Shown here piece by piece: positions 47,511 to 57,700 of a DNA stretch of 64,000 nt. The stretch's first letter is position 1. Every line of letters starts with the position of its first letter. The translations under genes and the position numbers were made by a program. Under the pieces are notes generated by a model that was not told the origin of the DNA, made no database searches, and was given only the letters and a program-made list of their open reading frames with translations. The stretch covers positions 67,816 to 131,815 of the forward strand of contig CAWAPZ010000017.1 of assembly GCA_963784045.1 (NCBI GenBank), written 5' to 3'. The stretch comes from Vicinamibacterales bacterium (lineage in GTDB: Bacteria; Acidobacteriota; Vicinamibacteria; Vicinamibacterales; JAMQPK01).

Positions 47511-48404
47511 TTATTCGACATTCTGAACTTGTTCGCGCATCTTTTCGAGCTCGGCTTTCGCCGAGATCACCAGGTTCGAGACGCGCAGCCCGTCGGCCTT
47601 CGATCCGATGGTATTGACCTCGCGGTTCATTTCCTGGAGAAGAAAATCCAGCTTCCGGCCACAGGGCTCCGGCGAGTCCGCCAGTGAGCGCCAATGCGCA
47701 AGGTGCGCGCGGAACCGCGCCATCTCCTCGCTGATGTCCGAGCGGGAGGCGACGCGCACGATTTCCTGCGCGATGAGGTTCGCGTCGGACGCAACCTCCA
47801 CCGCGAGCTCCTGCACGCGAGCCGCCAGGCGCGCCTGCAGCTCGAGGCGGCCCTGATCGGCCGCATTGGCTATCTCCTCGAGCATACCGCCGAGCAGCGC
47901 GCGGCGGACTTCCAAATCGGCGTTCAGGTGATCGCCTTCCGTGGATCGCATCGCGTCCAGCTGCGTGAGGGCTTCGTCGACGGCACCCTCGACCATCTCG
48001 ATGAGCTGCGCCACCATCGCGGCGTCGCGCTCAACAGGCCGCTCTCGCACGGCGAAGGCCTGCGGCAATCGCAGCAGGTCTCCTGGTGTCAGGGCGCCCT
48101 CGACGATGCCGCGGCTCCGTGCTATCTCGAGCGCGGCCGATAACGCCACCGCCAGCGACTCGTTGAAGTCCACTTCTACGCTTACGGTGTGCCTGTATTG
48201 CACGTTGACCGCCAGTTCTACTCGGCCGCGGCCGATGCGCCGCTGCACGCTCGCGCGGATGCGACCTTCGGCCTCGGCCAGCGTCTGCGGCACGCGAAGC
48301 TGCAGGTCGAGATGGCGATGGTTGACCGCCCGAATCGTCACCGAGATGGTGGCCGCGTCCGATTCCCTCGTCGCGGAGGCAAAGCCGGTCATGCTTTTGA
48401 TCAT
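47511..48404 (-). CDS. yicC: YicC/YloC-family stress-induced protein
   Basis: MIKSMTGFASA...RAVNHRHLDL...EMNREVNTIGSKA. Conserved position upstream of gmk. Confidence 0.85.
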   Translation of the reverse strand: MIKSMTGFASATRESDAATISVTIRAVNHRHLDLQLRVPQTLAEAEGRIRASVQRRIGRGRVELAVNVQYRHTVSVEVDFNESLAVALSAALEIARSRGIVEGALTPGDLLRLPQAFAVRERPVERDAAMVAQLIEMVEGAVDEALTQLDAMRSTEGDHLNADLEVRRALLGGMLEEIANAADQGRLELQARLAARVQELAVEVASDANLIAQEIVRVASRSDISEEMARFRAHLAHWRSLADSPEPCGRKLDFLLQEMNREVNTIGSKADGLRVSNLVISAKAELEKMREQVQNVE

Positions 48405-48405
48405 G

Positions 48406-50253
48406 CTATTCGCGGGGGGCCCTCGCCCCACTTCTCGCCGCCTGCGGACCGGTCGCGCGCGCTTGATCGGTCAGCTGGGGAGGCGTCTCACCACGCTCCT
48501 CGCCGTTCGCTTGCGTGGTCTCCAACCGCTTCGGTTCGAGCAATTGCATCTTATACAGAGCCGCATATACGCCGTCCCGGCTCAACAGATGCTCGTGCTC
48601 TCCGACCTCGACAATGCGCCCGCGCTCGAGCACGACAATCGCATCCGCTCGCATGATCGTCGACAGCCGGTGCGCGATGACGAACGACGTGCGATTCAGC
48701 ATCAACGTCGCGAGCGCGTCCTGAACCAGAAGCTCTGCTTCGGCATCCAAAGCCGACGTCGCCTCGTCGAGGATCAGGATAGGCGCGTTCTTCAAAAGCG
48801 CCCGCGCGATCGCCAAACGCTGCCGCTGCCCGCCCGACAGCTTCTGTCCTCGCTCGCCGATACGCGTCTGATATTTCTCGGGCAAGGCTGAGATGAATTC
48901 ATGAGCGTGCGCGGCCCTGGCCGCAGCCTCGACCTGCTCCGCCGTGGCGGTGGCGGCGCCATATGCGATGTTATTGGCGATCGTATCGTCGAAGAGCACG
49001 GTTTCCTGGGTGACGATGCCCACCTGTGCGCGCAGCGACTTCAACGTCACCTCGCGAACGTCGTGTCCGTCGATGGTAATCGTGCCGCCGGTAACGTCGT
49101 AAAACCGTGGAATCAGGTTGACGAGCGTCGTCTTGCCGGCGCCGCTCCGTCCGACGATGGCCACCATCTGCCCAGCCGGCACCGTGAGCGTCAGGTTGCG
49201 AAGAATGCGCCGCGAACGCGCTTCCTCGTAAGCGAAGGTGACGTCGTGAAACTCAATCGCCCGCGAAAACTGCGGAAGCGGCTCGGCGTTCGGCCGCTCC
49301 TCGACCTCTGTATGTGTGTCGAGCATCTCGAAGATTCGCTCGGCGGCGGCAATCGCCTGCTGCAGGTTGGCGTTGACACGGCTCAACTTCTTGGCCGGCG
49401 CGTACATCATGAGCATGGCGGCCAAAAACGTCGTGAAATCGCCTGGCGTCAACCGGCCACTGGCGATTTCTTTGCTGCCATACCACAGTGCCCCGGCCAT
49501 GCCAATGCCGCCGAGTAATTCCATGGCCGGCGGCATCAGCGACAATGCGCGAACCACGCGCATGTTCGTGCGGTAGAGATACCGCAGCGCGTTCCGAAAG
49601 CGGCTGGCCTCGCGCTCTTCCGCTCCGAAGGCTTTGACGATGCGGTGAGCGGCGAACGTCTCCGCGCCCACGTGCGTCATGTACTCCTGCGCCTCCTGGC
49701 TTCGACGCGCGGTGCGGCGGATGCGATGTCCGAGCCGAACCAGCGGATACACGACAATCGGTGCGCCCGTCAGGCACACGAGCGCGAGCCGCGGGTCGAT
49801 ATAAAACAGAATGACGGCGTACCCGACAAGCGCCAGCGTTTCGCGCGCGAGATCGCCGGCGGTCTCCGATATCGCGCGCTGTAACTGCCCGACGTCGTTC
49901 GACACGCGCGACAACAACTGGCCGACGGCGTTCCGCCCGAAGAAACTGGCCGACTGCCCGAGGATATGCCCGTAGAGCTGACCGCGCACGTCCATCACGA
50001 CGCGCTGCCCCAGGTCTTCCATCAGGTAACCGGAGAAATACGACCCGACGCCCTTGAAAAAGTAAAGGCCGATCAGCGAAAACGCGATTGTCCGGAGCCC
50101 TTGCTGATTGGGCAGCAGTTCATCCAGGATCGGTCTGATGAGATAGATGACCAGCGCCGACGCGACGGCATAGATCGCCATCGCCAGCACCGCCCAGGCC
50201 AGGCGGCCTCTGTATGGCTTTGCGTAGCGAAGAAGCCGGAAGAACGAGTTCAC
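48406..50253 (-). CDS. ABC exporter, fused TMD-NBD half transporter (MsbA/lipid-flippase-like)
   Basis: Six-TM domain, Walker A GRSGAGKTT, signature LSGGQRQR, Walker B ILILDEATSALD. Start set to GTG 50253 (GTGA overlap with the upstream stop). The track start is 50283. Confidence 0.85.
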   Translation of the reverse strand: MNSFFRLLRYAKPYRGRLAWAVLAMAIYAVASALVIYLIRPILDELLPNQQGLRTIAFSLIGLYFFKGVGSYFSGYLMEDLGQRVVMDVRGQLYGHILGQSASFFGRNAVGQLLSRVSNDVGQLQRAISETAGDLARETLALVGYAVILFYIDPRLALVCLTGAPIVVYPLVRLGHRIRRTARRSQEAQEYMTHVGAETFAAHRIVKAFGAEEREASRFRNALRYLYRTNMRVVRALSLMPPAMELLGGIGMAGALWYGSKEIASGRLTPGDFTTFLAAMLMMYAPAKKLSRVNANLQQAIAAAERIFEMLDTHTEVEERPNAEPLPQFSRAIEFHDVTFAYEEARSRRILRNLTLTVPAGQMVAIVGRSGAGKTTLVNLIPRFYDVTGGTITIDGHDVREVTLKSLRAQVGIVTQETVLFDDTIANNIAYGAATATAEQVEAAARAAHAHEFISALPEKYQTRIGERGQKLSGGQRQRLAIARALLKNAPILILDEATSALDAEAELLVQDALATLMLNRTSFVIAHRLSTIMRADAIVVLERGRIVEVGEHEHLLSRDGVYAALYKMQLLEPKRLETTQANGEERGETPPQLTDQARATGPQAARSGARAPRE

Positions 50254-50960
50254 TCGGTAAAGCGATATTTCAGCAGCACCCACAACGCGACGACTCCGTC
50301 GCGCCAGGTAATCTTCTTGCCCTCTTCGTACCCTCGGCCGTCGTAGGTAATCGGCACTTCATACACCCGGTATCCGCGCTTGAAGATCTTCGCGGTCAGC
50401 TCCGGCTCGATGCCGAAACCGTTGCTTTCGAGCGCAAACGATCGCAGCACCTCGATCCGCATGGCTTTGTAGCACGTCTCCATGTCGGTCAGCATCGTGT
50501 TATAGAGGACGTTCGTCAGAAACGTGAGAAAGAGATTGCCGAGGTAGTGGGTAAAGAGAAACACGCGGTGCCGGCCGAGAAACCGCGATCCGTAGACGAC
50601 GTCAGCCCGTCCCTGGCAGATGAGCTCGATGAGCTCCGGCAATTCCTCCGGCGAGTACTCGGTATCCGCATCCTGAATGACGACCAGGTCGCCGGTGATT
50701 TCCTTGAAGCCGAGGCGAAGCGCGGATCCCTTGCCGCCGTTGGGTTTCTGACACAGCTTGAAGGGATATTTACCCTGAAGCCCGCGCAGGATGTCGGATG
50801 TGCCATCCTTCGACCCGTCATCGACTACGACCAGCTCAATCCGGAGATTCGGGACGGCGAGCACGCGTGCGATCATGGACTCGATCGTGTCGCGCTCGTT
50901 GTAAACCGGCATCACGACTGACAGGAGCGGATCGGTGAGCTTCCCTTTTATGCCGGCCAC
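50250..50960 (-). CDS. Family-2 glycosyltransferase (polyprenol-phosphate glycosyltransferase-like)
   Basis: SVVMPVYNERDTI...VVVDDGSKDGT...IQDADTEY. Start set to GTG 50960, which overlaps the ugd stop by 1 nt. Confidence 0.8.
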   Translation of the reverse strand: MAGIKGKLTDPLLSVVMPVYNERDTIESMIARVLAVPNLRIELVVVDDGSKDGTSDILRGLQGKYPFKLCQKPNGGKGSALRLGFKEITGDLVVIQDADTEYSPEELPELIELICQGRADVVYGSRFLGRHRVFLFTHYLGNLFLTFLTNVLYNTMLTDMETCYKAMRIEVLRSFALESNGFGIEPELTAKIFKRGYRVYEVPITYDGRGYEEGKKITWRDGVVALWVLLKYRFTE

Positions 50961-52255
50961 TACCGGCCCACCGAGTAGTACGTGAATCCCTGGGCCTTCA
51001 TCTGATCCGGATTGTAGATGTTGCGGCCGTCGAAGATGACGGGCGTCTTCATGAGCTTGCGCATCCGCGCGAAGTCGGGCTCCCGAAACTCGCTCCATTC
51101 GGTCGCGATGACAAGCGCATCTGCGCCTTTGAGCGCACTGTAGCTCTTATCGGCCAACGTGATTTTGCCGCCGAAAATCTGCTTCGCCACGGGCTTTGCC
51201 TGTGGGTCGAACGCCTGCACTTTTGCGTGCGCGTGCAGCAGCTTGTGAATCAGCGAAATCGCCGGCGCTTCGCGCATGTCGTCGGTCCGCGGCTTGAACG
51301 ACAGGCCCCACACGGCGATTGTCCGGTTCTTGAGCGAGCCGAAGTGCGATTCGAGCTTCGACACGAAGCGGATTTTCTGCGCGGCGTTGACCCGCTCGAC
51401 CGCCTTGAGGGTCTGGAAATCGTAGCCCTTGTCGCCCGAGAACCTGATGAGCGCCTTGATGTCCTTCGGAAAGCAGCTGCCGCCGAAACCGATACCGGGG
51501 AAGAGGAATGACGGCCCGATGCGGCGATCCGCGCCAATCGCCTTGCGCACCTGATCGACGTCGGCGCCGAACGCTTCACAGACATTCGCGATCTCGTTCA
51601 TGAACGAGATACGCGTGGCCAGAATCGCATTCGCCGCATATTTGCACAGCTCCGCGCTGGCGAGATCCATCACCATGATCGGCGCGCCCGTCCGCGTGAA
51701 CGGCGCATAGAGCTCGACCATCAGCGCCCGCGCGCGATCGTCGTCAACACCGATGACGACGCGATCGGGCTTGAGGAAGTCTTCAACCGCCGCACCCTGC
51801 TTGAGAAATTCCGGGTTGCTGACGACGCTGAAGGAATGCGAGGTGTGGCCGGCGATCAACTCGCGCACACGCGCGGCCGTACCGACTGGAACCGTGCTCT
51901 TGTCGACGATCACCTTGTAGCCGTTCATCGACTTCGCAATCTCGCGCGCGACACCGAGCACATGCGACAAATCGGCCGACCCATCTTCGTGCTGAGGCGT
52001 ACCGACAGCGATGAACACGATGCTGGCGGCGCGGACGGCGCGCGGCAGGTCGGTCGTGAACTCGAGCCGCTTCTCGGCGCGGTTGCGCTTGACGACCTCC
52101 TCGAGCCCGGGCTCGTAGATGGGCATGACCCCGCGTCGAAGTCTGCGGACCTTCGACGCGTCCTTGTCGATGCAGGTCACGTCGTTTCCGTTTTCCGCGA
52201 GACAGGCTCCCAGTACCAGGCCGACGTAGCCTGATCCGACGACCGCAATTTTCAT
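50960..52255 (-). CDS. ugd: UDP-glucose 6-dehydrogenase
   Basis: MKIAVVGSGYVGLV Rossmann motif, catalytic GFGGSCFPKD block. Start trimmed to ATG 52255. Confidence 0.9.
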   Translation of the reverse strand: MKIAVVGSGYVGLVLGACLAENGNDVTCIDKDASKVRRLRRGVMPIYEPGLEEVVKRNRAEKRLEFTTDLPRAVRAASIVFIAVGTPQHEDGSADLSHVLGVAREIAKSMNGYKVIVDKSTVPVGTAARVRELIAGHTSHSFSVVSNPEFLKQGAAVEDFLKPDRVVIGVDDDRARALMVELYAPFTRTGAPIMVMDLASAELCKYAANAILATRISFMNEIANVCEAFGADVDQVRKAIGADRRIGPSFLFPGIGFGGSCFPKDIKALIRFSGDKGYDFQTLKAVERVNAAQKIRFVSKLESHFGSLKNRTIAVWGLSFKPRTDDMREAPAISLIHKLLHAHAKVQAFDPQAKPVAKQIFGGKITLADKSYSALKGADALVIATEWSEFREPDFARMRKLMKTPVIFDGRNIYNPDQMKAQGFTYYSVGR

Positions 52256-52383
52256 TCGTGATGGCTCCCTCGACTCGGTGTGCTCGCCCGGGGCAAGCGC
52301 GAGCATCGGCCAAAGGGTGAGAGTATATCCTTCCAACCCGTTGAGCAGCAAGGATATGGTCCGGTTATGATAGGCTCGGCCGC

Positions 52384-53556
52384 GTGCGGATCGTCATCGA
52401 TTATCGTCCGGCCCTCCGCGCCCGCACCGGCGTCGGCGAACACATCCATCAAATGACACGTGCGCTCGCGGACTCCCGCGACGACGACGTGACCGTGTTT
52501 TCGAGCTCGTGGAAGGATCGCGTGCCGCCGGGGGTCGTCACCGAGCTGCCGAATGTCCGAATCGTCGACAGGCAGATCCCGGTTGGCGTACTCAACCTTG
52601 CCTGGCATCGGCTGCGCTGGCCACCGATCGAAACGTTGACCGGTGGCGAGTACGACATCGCGCATTCTCCGCATCCACTGTTGCTGCCGTCACGGTCGGC
52701 GGCGCAGGTCGTCACGATTCACGATCTGCATTTCCTGACGAATCCGGAGCGCTCGTCCGCGGAAATTCGCCGCGACTATCCCGCGCTCGTCCGCACGCAC
52801 GCCACGCAGGCAGATCGCGTCATCGTCGTGTCGCGCTTCGTGGCCGGCGAAGTCCAGCGGCTGCTCAACATCCCGGCAGACCGCATTTCTGTCTGTCCGA
52901 ACGGCGCGCCGGACTGGAAGGGGCCTCCGGCGGAGGTGAGCGCTGGCGGGTACGTGCTTTTCGTGGGAACGATCGAACCCCGCAAGAACGTCAGCGGCCT
53001 GCTGAATGCCTACGCGCGGCTGCTCGCGCGGCGTCCGAACGCTCCACGTCTGGTGATCGCCGGGCGGCTCGACGCGTCCATCCCGGATGCGCTGGCCGCG
53101 ATTGAGCGTCCGCCCCTCGCCGGGCATGTCGAGTATCGCGGCTACATTTCGAGCAATGACCGCGAATCCCTGTACAAGGGCGCTCAGGTGTTCGTGCTGC
53201 CGTCGTTCGACGAAGGGTTCGGAATACCCGCGCTGGAGGCGATGGCTGCGGGTGTTCCGGTGGTCGTCTCGAACCGTGGCGCGCTGCCCGAAGTCGTTGG
53301 CGACGCGGGACTGCTCGTCGATCCAGACGACCCGGACACTCTGGCAGCCGCGCTCGAGCGGCTGACAGGCGATACCGATCTGCGAGCCGCCAATGCGCGA
53401 CGTGGACTCGAACGCGCGCGTCACTTCACGTGGGCACAAACGGCGCGTGACGTGCGACGTGCCTACGAAGACGCCCTGACCGCGCGCCGGCATCGTGCGC
53501 CCGTACTCGCCGGAGCACGGTCGAGCGTTCACAGTCGAAATGCGCATCGGCATTGA
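52384..53556 (+). CDS. Family-4 (GT-B) glycosyltransferase
   Basis: C-terminal E-x7-E type block: VFVLPSFDEGFGIPALEAMAAGVPVVVSNRGALPEV. Confidence 0.8.
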   Translation: MRIVIDYRPALRARTGVGEHIHQMTRALADSRDDDVTVFSSSWKDRVPPGVVTELPNVRIVDRQIPVGVLNLAWHRLRWPPIETLTGGEYDIAHSPHPLLLPSRSAAQVVTIHDLHFLTNPERSSAEIRRDYPALVRTHATQADRVIVVSRFVAGEVQRLLNIPADRISVCPNGAPDWKGPPAEVSAGGYVLFVGTIEPRKNVSGLLNAYARLLARRPNAPRLVIAGRLDASIPDALAAIERPPLAGHVEYRGYISSNDRESLYKGAQVFVLPSFDEGFGIPALEAMAAGVPVVVSNRGALPEVVGDAGLLVDPDDPDTLAAALERLTGDTDLRAANARRGLERARHFTWAQTARDVRRAYEDALTARRHRAPVLAGARSSVHSRNAHRH

Positions 53557-54610
53557 CGCCCGCGAGCTTTGCGGCAAACCAACCGGGGTAGGTCGCCATT
53601 TGTCGGGGCTGCTCGGTGCATGGGCGTCCGATGCGGCGGCATCGCGCCATACCTTCGTGCTCTACGCGCATCAGGACATCACGCCTACGCTTCCGAATTC
53701 GGAGATACGCAGGCTTGCGGGTTCGAACGGGACCGCGTGGGAGCAATTCGCGCTTCCCCAGGCGGCGAACGCGGATCGCCTGGATGTCTTCTTCGCGCCT
53801 GGATACACTGCGCCGTTGCTGCTGAAAGCACCCATCGTCGTACTCATCCACGACGTGTCCTTTGCCGCGCATCCGGAGTGGTTCCGGTGGAAGGAAGGGC
53901 TGCGCCGGCGGTGGCTGACGCGATGGTCCTCTGAGCAAGCGAAGGTTGTGCTGACGGTGTCCGACTCGGCTCGGCGCGAGATCCTTTCGCAGTTCGGCCT
54001 TCCAGAGAATCGCGTCCGCCGCGTATATCCCGGCATCGCTCTGATCACCGGCAACAATCCTTCCGCCGCACGCGAACCGCTCGTCTTGTTCGCCGGTTCT
54101 GTCTTCAATCGCCGTCACATCCCTGATCTCATCAGAGCGTTCACGCCGATTGCAAAGAGCCATCCAGACGCTCGCCTCGAGCTCGTCGGCGACAACCGTA
54201 CGCATCCGCACGAGGATCTTCCGGCAATCGCCGCGGCGGCAGGCATCGCACCGCAGGTATCCGTTCGGGCGTATGTGGCCGACGCCGAGTTGGGCGCACT
54301 ATATGGACGAGCGCGCGCATTCGCGCTGCTCTCGGAGTATGAAGGGTTTGGGCATCCTCCGCTCGAGGCGCTTGCCGCCGGCGTGCCGCCACTATTGCTC
54401 GACACTGAAGTGGCGCGCGAAGTCTGCGGCGACGCCGCCCTGTACGTCGCCAGGGACGACATCGCAGGGACCACAACTGCCTTGATCCGGCTGCTGTTCG
54501 ACCAGGACAGCCGCGAGCGTGTGCTGCGCGCAGCACCTGGTGTGCTCGCGCGGTACTCATGGAGGCGTGCTGCTGCTGAGACGCTTGCGGTGCTGGAGTC
54601 GGCGGCGTGA
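53540..54610 (+). CDS. Family-4 (GT-B) glycosyltransferase
   Basis: MRIGIDAREL...FALLSEYEGFGHPPLEALAAGVPPLL. Start trimmed to ATG 53540. Confidence 0.8.
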   Translation: MRIGIDARELCGKPTGVGRHLSGLLGAWASDAAASRHTFVLYAHQDITPTLPNSEIRRLAGSNGTAWEQFALPQAANADRLDVFFAPGYTAPLLLKAPIVVLIHDVSFAAHPEWFRWKEGLRRRWLTRWSSEQAKVVLTVSDSARREILSQFGLPENRVRRVYPGIALITGNNPSAAREPLVLFAGSVFNRRHIPDLIRAFTPIAKSHPDARLELVGDNRTHPHEDLPAIAAAAGIAPQVSVRAYVADAELGALYGRARAFALLSEYEGFGHPPLEALAAGVPPLLLDTEVAREVCGDAALYVARDDIAGTTTALIRLLFDQDSRERVLRAAPGVLARYSWRRAAAETLAVLESAA

Positions 54611-55407
54611 ACGCGCTCGTCATCGTGATCGTCAGCCACAACACCAGGAGCGATCTGGAAAACTGCCTTCAGTCGCTGCACGAGCACCCGCCTCACGTCC
54701 CGCACGAGATCGTCGTGGTCGACAACGCGTCCCGTGACGGCAGCGTCGATGCCGTGCGTTCGCGATGGCCAGGAGTTCGCGTCATCCCTCTCAACTCGAA
54801 CGTCGGCTTCGCGGCGGCAAACAACGAAGGCATACGGCGTACGGAGAGCGAGCTTATCTTGCTGCTCAACAGCGACACCATCGTGCCCGAAGGGAGTCTC
54901 GATCGGCTGATTGCCGCGCTGCGCGAACTGCCGAACGCGTCGATTGTCGGACCAAAGATCGTCGACGGCACAGGTCGCACGGAGCTGTCGTACGGCCGCA
55001 TGATGACGCCGCTGACCGAGCTGCGGCAGAAGTGGCTTCTCCGCTATGCGTCACCGGCCCGCCTGGCAGCGATGACCTCGAAAACCCTCCGCGTAGACTG
55101 GGTTACGGCTGCATGCCTGCTCGTTCGCCGACGCGACGCCGAGGCAGCTGGACTGCTTGACGAGCGGTATTTCATGTATTGCGAAGATGTGGATTTTTGT
55201 GCAGCCGTGCGCGCCAACGGCGGCACGGTGTACTTCACGCCGCTCGCACAAATCGTCCACTTCCGCGGCCGCTCGTGGGGAACTCGCTCCGCCGCGTCGG
55301 CTGAAAGCTACGGCCGGAGCCAGTTTGCGTTCTATCGGAAACACCACCCCCGATGGGCGCCGTTTTTGAGGGTGTACCAGGGCCTTCGCGGAAAGCCGAC
55401 GAGCTAG
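54607..55407 (+). CDS. Family-2 glycosyltransferase
   Basis: VIVSHNTRSDLENCLQSL...VVVDNASRDGS...LNSDT. GTGA overlap with the upstream stop. Confidence 0.8.
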   Translation: MNALVIVIVSHNTRSDLENCLQSLHEHPPHVPHEIVVVDNASRDGSVDAVRSRWPGVRVIPLNSNVGFAAANNEGIRRTESELILLLNSDTIVPEGSLDRLIAALRELPNASIVGPKIVDGTGRTELSYGRMMTPLTELRQKWLLRYASPARLAAMTSKTLRVDWVTAACLLVRRRDAEAAGLLDERYFMYCEDVDFCAAVRANGGTVYFTPLAQIVHFRGRSWGTRSAASAESYGRSQFAFYRKHHPRWAPFLRVYQGLRGKPTS

Positions 55408-55451
55408 GCAACCGCTCAGGAGGACGCAGGTCGTCGAATAGAATTGACGGC

Positions 55452-56561
55452 GTGCGAATCGGCATAGACGCGCGGAAACTGCACGATTTCGGCATCGGCA
55501 CCTACATCCGGAATCTTCTGCATGAGCTCGCGAAAATCGATCGGCAGACGGAGTACGTCCTGCTGACGAGACCAGAAGACACGGCCGTCGCGGCGTCGCT
55601 TGGGGAAAACTTCCGTGCTGTGGCCGATCGCTCTGGACACTACTCGCTGGGCGAGCAGGTCTCAATTCCGCTGGCGGCGCGGCGCGAGCGGCTCGACCTA
55701 TTCCATGCGCCGCACTACGTGCTGCCTGCCCTGACGCCGTCGCGCTCGGTGGTGACGATTCACGACTGCATCCATCTCATGTTTCCGGAGTACCTCCGTC
55801 ACCGCCTCGGCTACGCGTTTGCGCGAGCGTTGTTGTATACCGCCGCGCACAAGTCCGATCGGATTTTTACGGTGTCCGAGCAGTCCAAGCGCGACATCCT
55901 GAAGTTCTTCGATGTGCCGCCTGAAAAAATTGTCGTCACACCGAATGCCATTGACGATCGGTTCAGCGTGCCGCCGAGCGAGGAGCACGTCGTCAACACG
56001 CGCGAACGCTACCAGTTGAGCCACTCGTACCTGCTCTACGTGGGCAACATCAAGCCCCACAAGAATCTCGAGCGGCTCATCGAAGCGTTTCACCTGGTGC
56101 GCCTGCAGGGGCGATCGGAGCTCGAGCTCATCATCATCGGCGATGAGATCTCGAAGCTGCAGTCGCTGCGCCGCGCGGTCCACAAGTACGACATCCACCG
56201 CAACGTCCGATTTCTCGGCTACGTGCCAGACAAGACACTCGCGGTGCTCTACCGTCTTGCGTCGGTTTTTGTGTTTCCGTCGCTCTACGAGGGCTTCGGG
56301 TTGCCTCCGCTCGAAGCCATGGCGAGCGGCACACCGGTTGTGACGTCGAACGTCTCGTCGCTGCCGGAGGTCGTCGGCGACGCTGCCGTACTCGTAAACC
56401 CATATGAGGCCGAGGCGATCGCGGACGGGATTCTCACCGTGCTTCGAAGCACCCACATCCGCGAGGACCTCCGCAAGCGTGGGCTGGCGCGCGTGAAGGA
56501 ATACTCGTGGGCCAGGTCGGTCCGACGCGTCCGCGATATCTACGGTGAGGTGCTGTCGTGA
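55452..56561 (+). CDS. Family-4 (GT-B) glycosyltransferase
   Basis: VRIGIDARKL...VFVFPSLYEGFGLPPLEAMASGTPVVTSNVSSLPEV. Start set to GTG 55452. Confidence 0.75.
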   Translation: MRIGIDARKLHDFGIGTYIRNLLHELAKIDRQTEYVLLTRPEDTAVAASLGENFRAVADRSGHYSLGEQVSIPLAARRERLDLFHAPHYVLPALTPSRSVVTIHDCIHLMFPEYLRHRLGYAFARALLYTAAHKSDRIFTVSEQSKRDILKFFDVPPEKIVVTPNAIDDRFSVPPSEEHVVNTRERYQLSHSYLLYVGNIKPHKNLERLIEAFHLVRLQGRSELELIIIGDEISKLQSLRRAVHKYDIHRNVRFLGYVPDKTLAVLYRLASVFVFPSLYEGFGLPPLEAMASGTPVVTSNVSSLPEVVGDAAVLVNPYEAEAIADGILTVLRSTHIREDLRKRGLARVKEYSWARSVRRVRDIYGEVLS

Positions 56562-57700
56562 GCCGTGAAGCGGCTCGGGGCGAAGGGTCCCCCGCGACGA
56601 AAATCGCTCTGGTGCACGACTGGCTGACCGGCATGCGCGGCGGCGAGAAAGTGCTGGAAGTTCTCTGCGAGACCTATCCGACGGCGGATCTGCTCACGTT
56701 GTTCCACGTGCCCGGGAGCGTGTCACCGGCGATAGAGCGAATGCGGCCGCGCACGTCCGTGCTCCAGAACGTCCCCGGCATCCGGCACTTCTATCGCTAT
56801 TGTCTACCGCTCTTTCCCACCGCCATCGAGCAATTCGACCTCGACGCGTACGATCTCATCATCAGCACCAGCCACTGCGCGGCCAAATCCGTCGTCAAGA
56901 CGGGACGCGCGCGGCATTTGTGCTACTGCTTCACGCCCATGCGCTACGCGTGGGATCAGTTTGACGCGTATTTCGGTGAGGGGCGTATCGGCTCGATGAA
57001 GAGCCGATTGCTGCGCCCTGTGCTGAACGCGCTCAGCCGTTGGGACGCCTCAACAGCGGGGCGGGTTGACCGCTATGTGGCGATCTCTCAGCACGTTGCC
57101 AGCAGGATCAGGCGGTACTATAATCGTGATGCCGGCGTCATCTACCCTCCCGTCGATACAGGCTTTTATTCACCGGATGACTCGGTCGCGCCGGAAAACT
57201 TTGTGCTGATTGTGTCGGCCCTCGTCCCCTATAAACGAATCGACGTGGCGATCGATGCGAGTCGCCTCTCGGGTACGCCCCTCCGGATCGTGGGCGATGG
57301 TCCGGAGCGCGGCACGCTCGCCGGGCGCGCCGCCGCCGCAGGCGCTGACATCCAGCTGCTTGGATCCATCAACGACGAGCAGGTGCGCGATCTCTACCGG
57401 CGCGCCTCCGCTGTGCTGCTTCCCGGCGAGGAAGATTTCGGCATCGCGCCAGTCGAGGCGCAGGCCTGCGGCACTCCCGTGATTGCACTGGCGCGGGGCG
57501 GCGCACTCGAAACGGTCATCGACGGTGTGACCGGGGTGCTCGTCGCAGAGCCCACCGGCGAAGCCTTTGCGGCCGGTATCGCGCGTGCGGCACAATCATC
57601 CTTCGATCGGTCGACGATTCGAGCCCATGCCGTGACGTTCGACCGCGCGGTGTTCGCACGCGCCATTCAATCCAGCATAGAGAGCCTCGTGCATGCTTAG
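56558..57700 (+). CDS. Family-4 (GT-B) glycosyltransferase
   Basis: KIALVHDWLTGMRGGEKVL...LLPGEEDFGIAPVEAQACGTPVIALARGGALE. Confidence 0.8.
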   Translation: MSREAARGEGSPATKIALVHDWLTGMRGGEKVLEVLCETYPTADLLTLFHVPGSVSPAIERMRPRTSVLQNVPGIRHFYRYCLPLFPTAIEQFDLDAYDLIISTSHCAAKSVVKTGRARHLCYCFTPMRYAWDQFDAYFGEGRIGSMKSRLLRPVLNALSRWDASTAGRVDRYVAISQHVASRIRRYYNRDAGVIYPPVDTGFYSPDDSVAPENFVLIVSALVPYKRIDVAIDASRLSGTPLRIVGDGPERGTLAGRAAAAGADIQLLGSINDEQVRDLYRRASAVLLPGEEDFGIAPVEAQACGTPVIALARGGALETVIDGVTGVLVAEPTGEAFAAGIARAAQSSFDRSTIRAHAVTFDRAVFARAIQSSIESLVHA

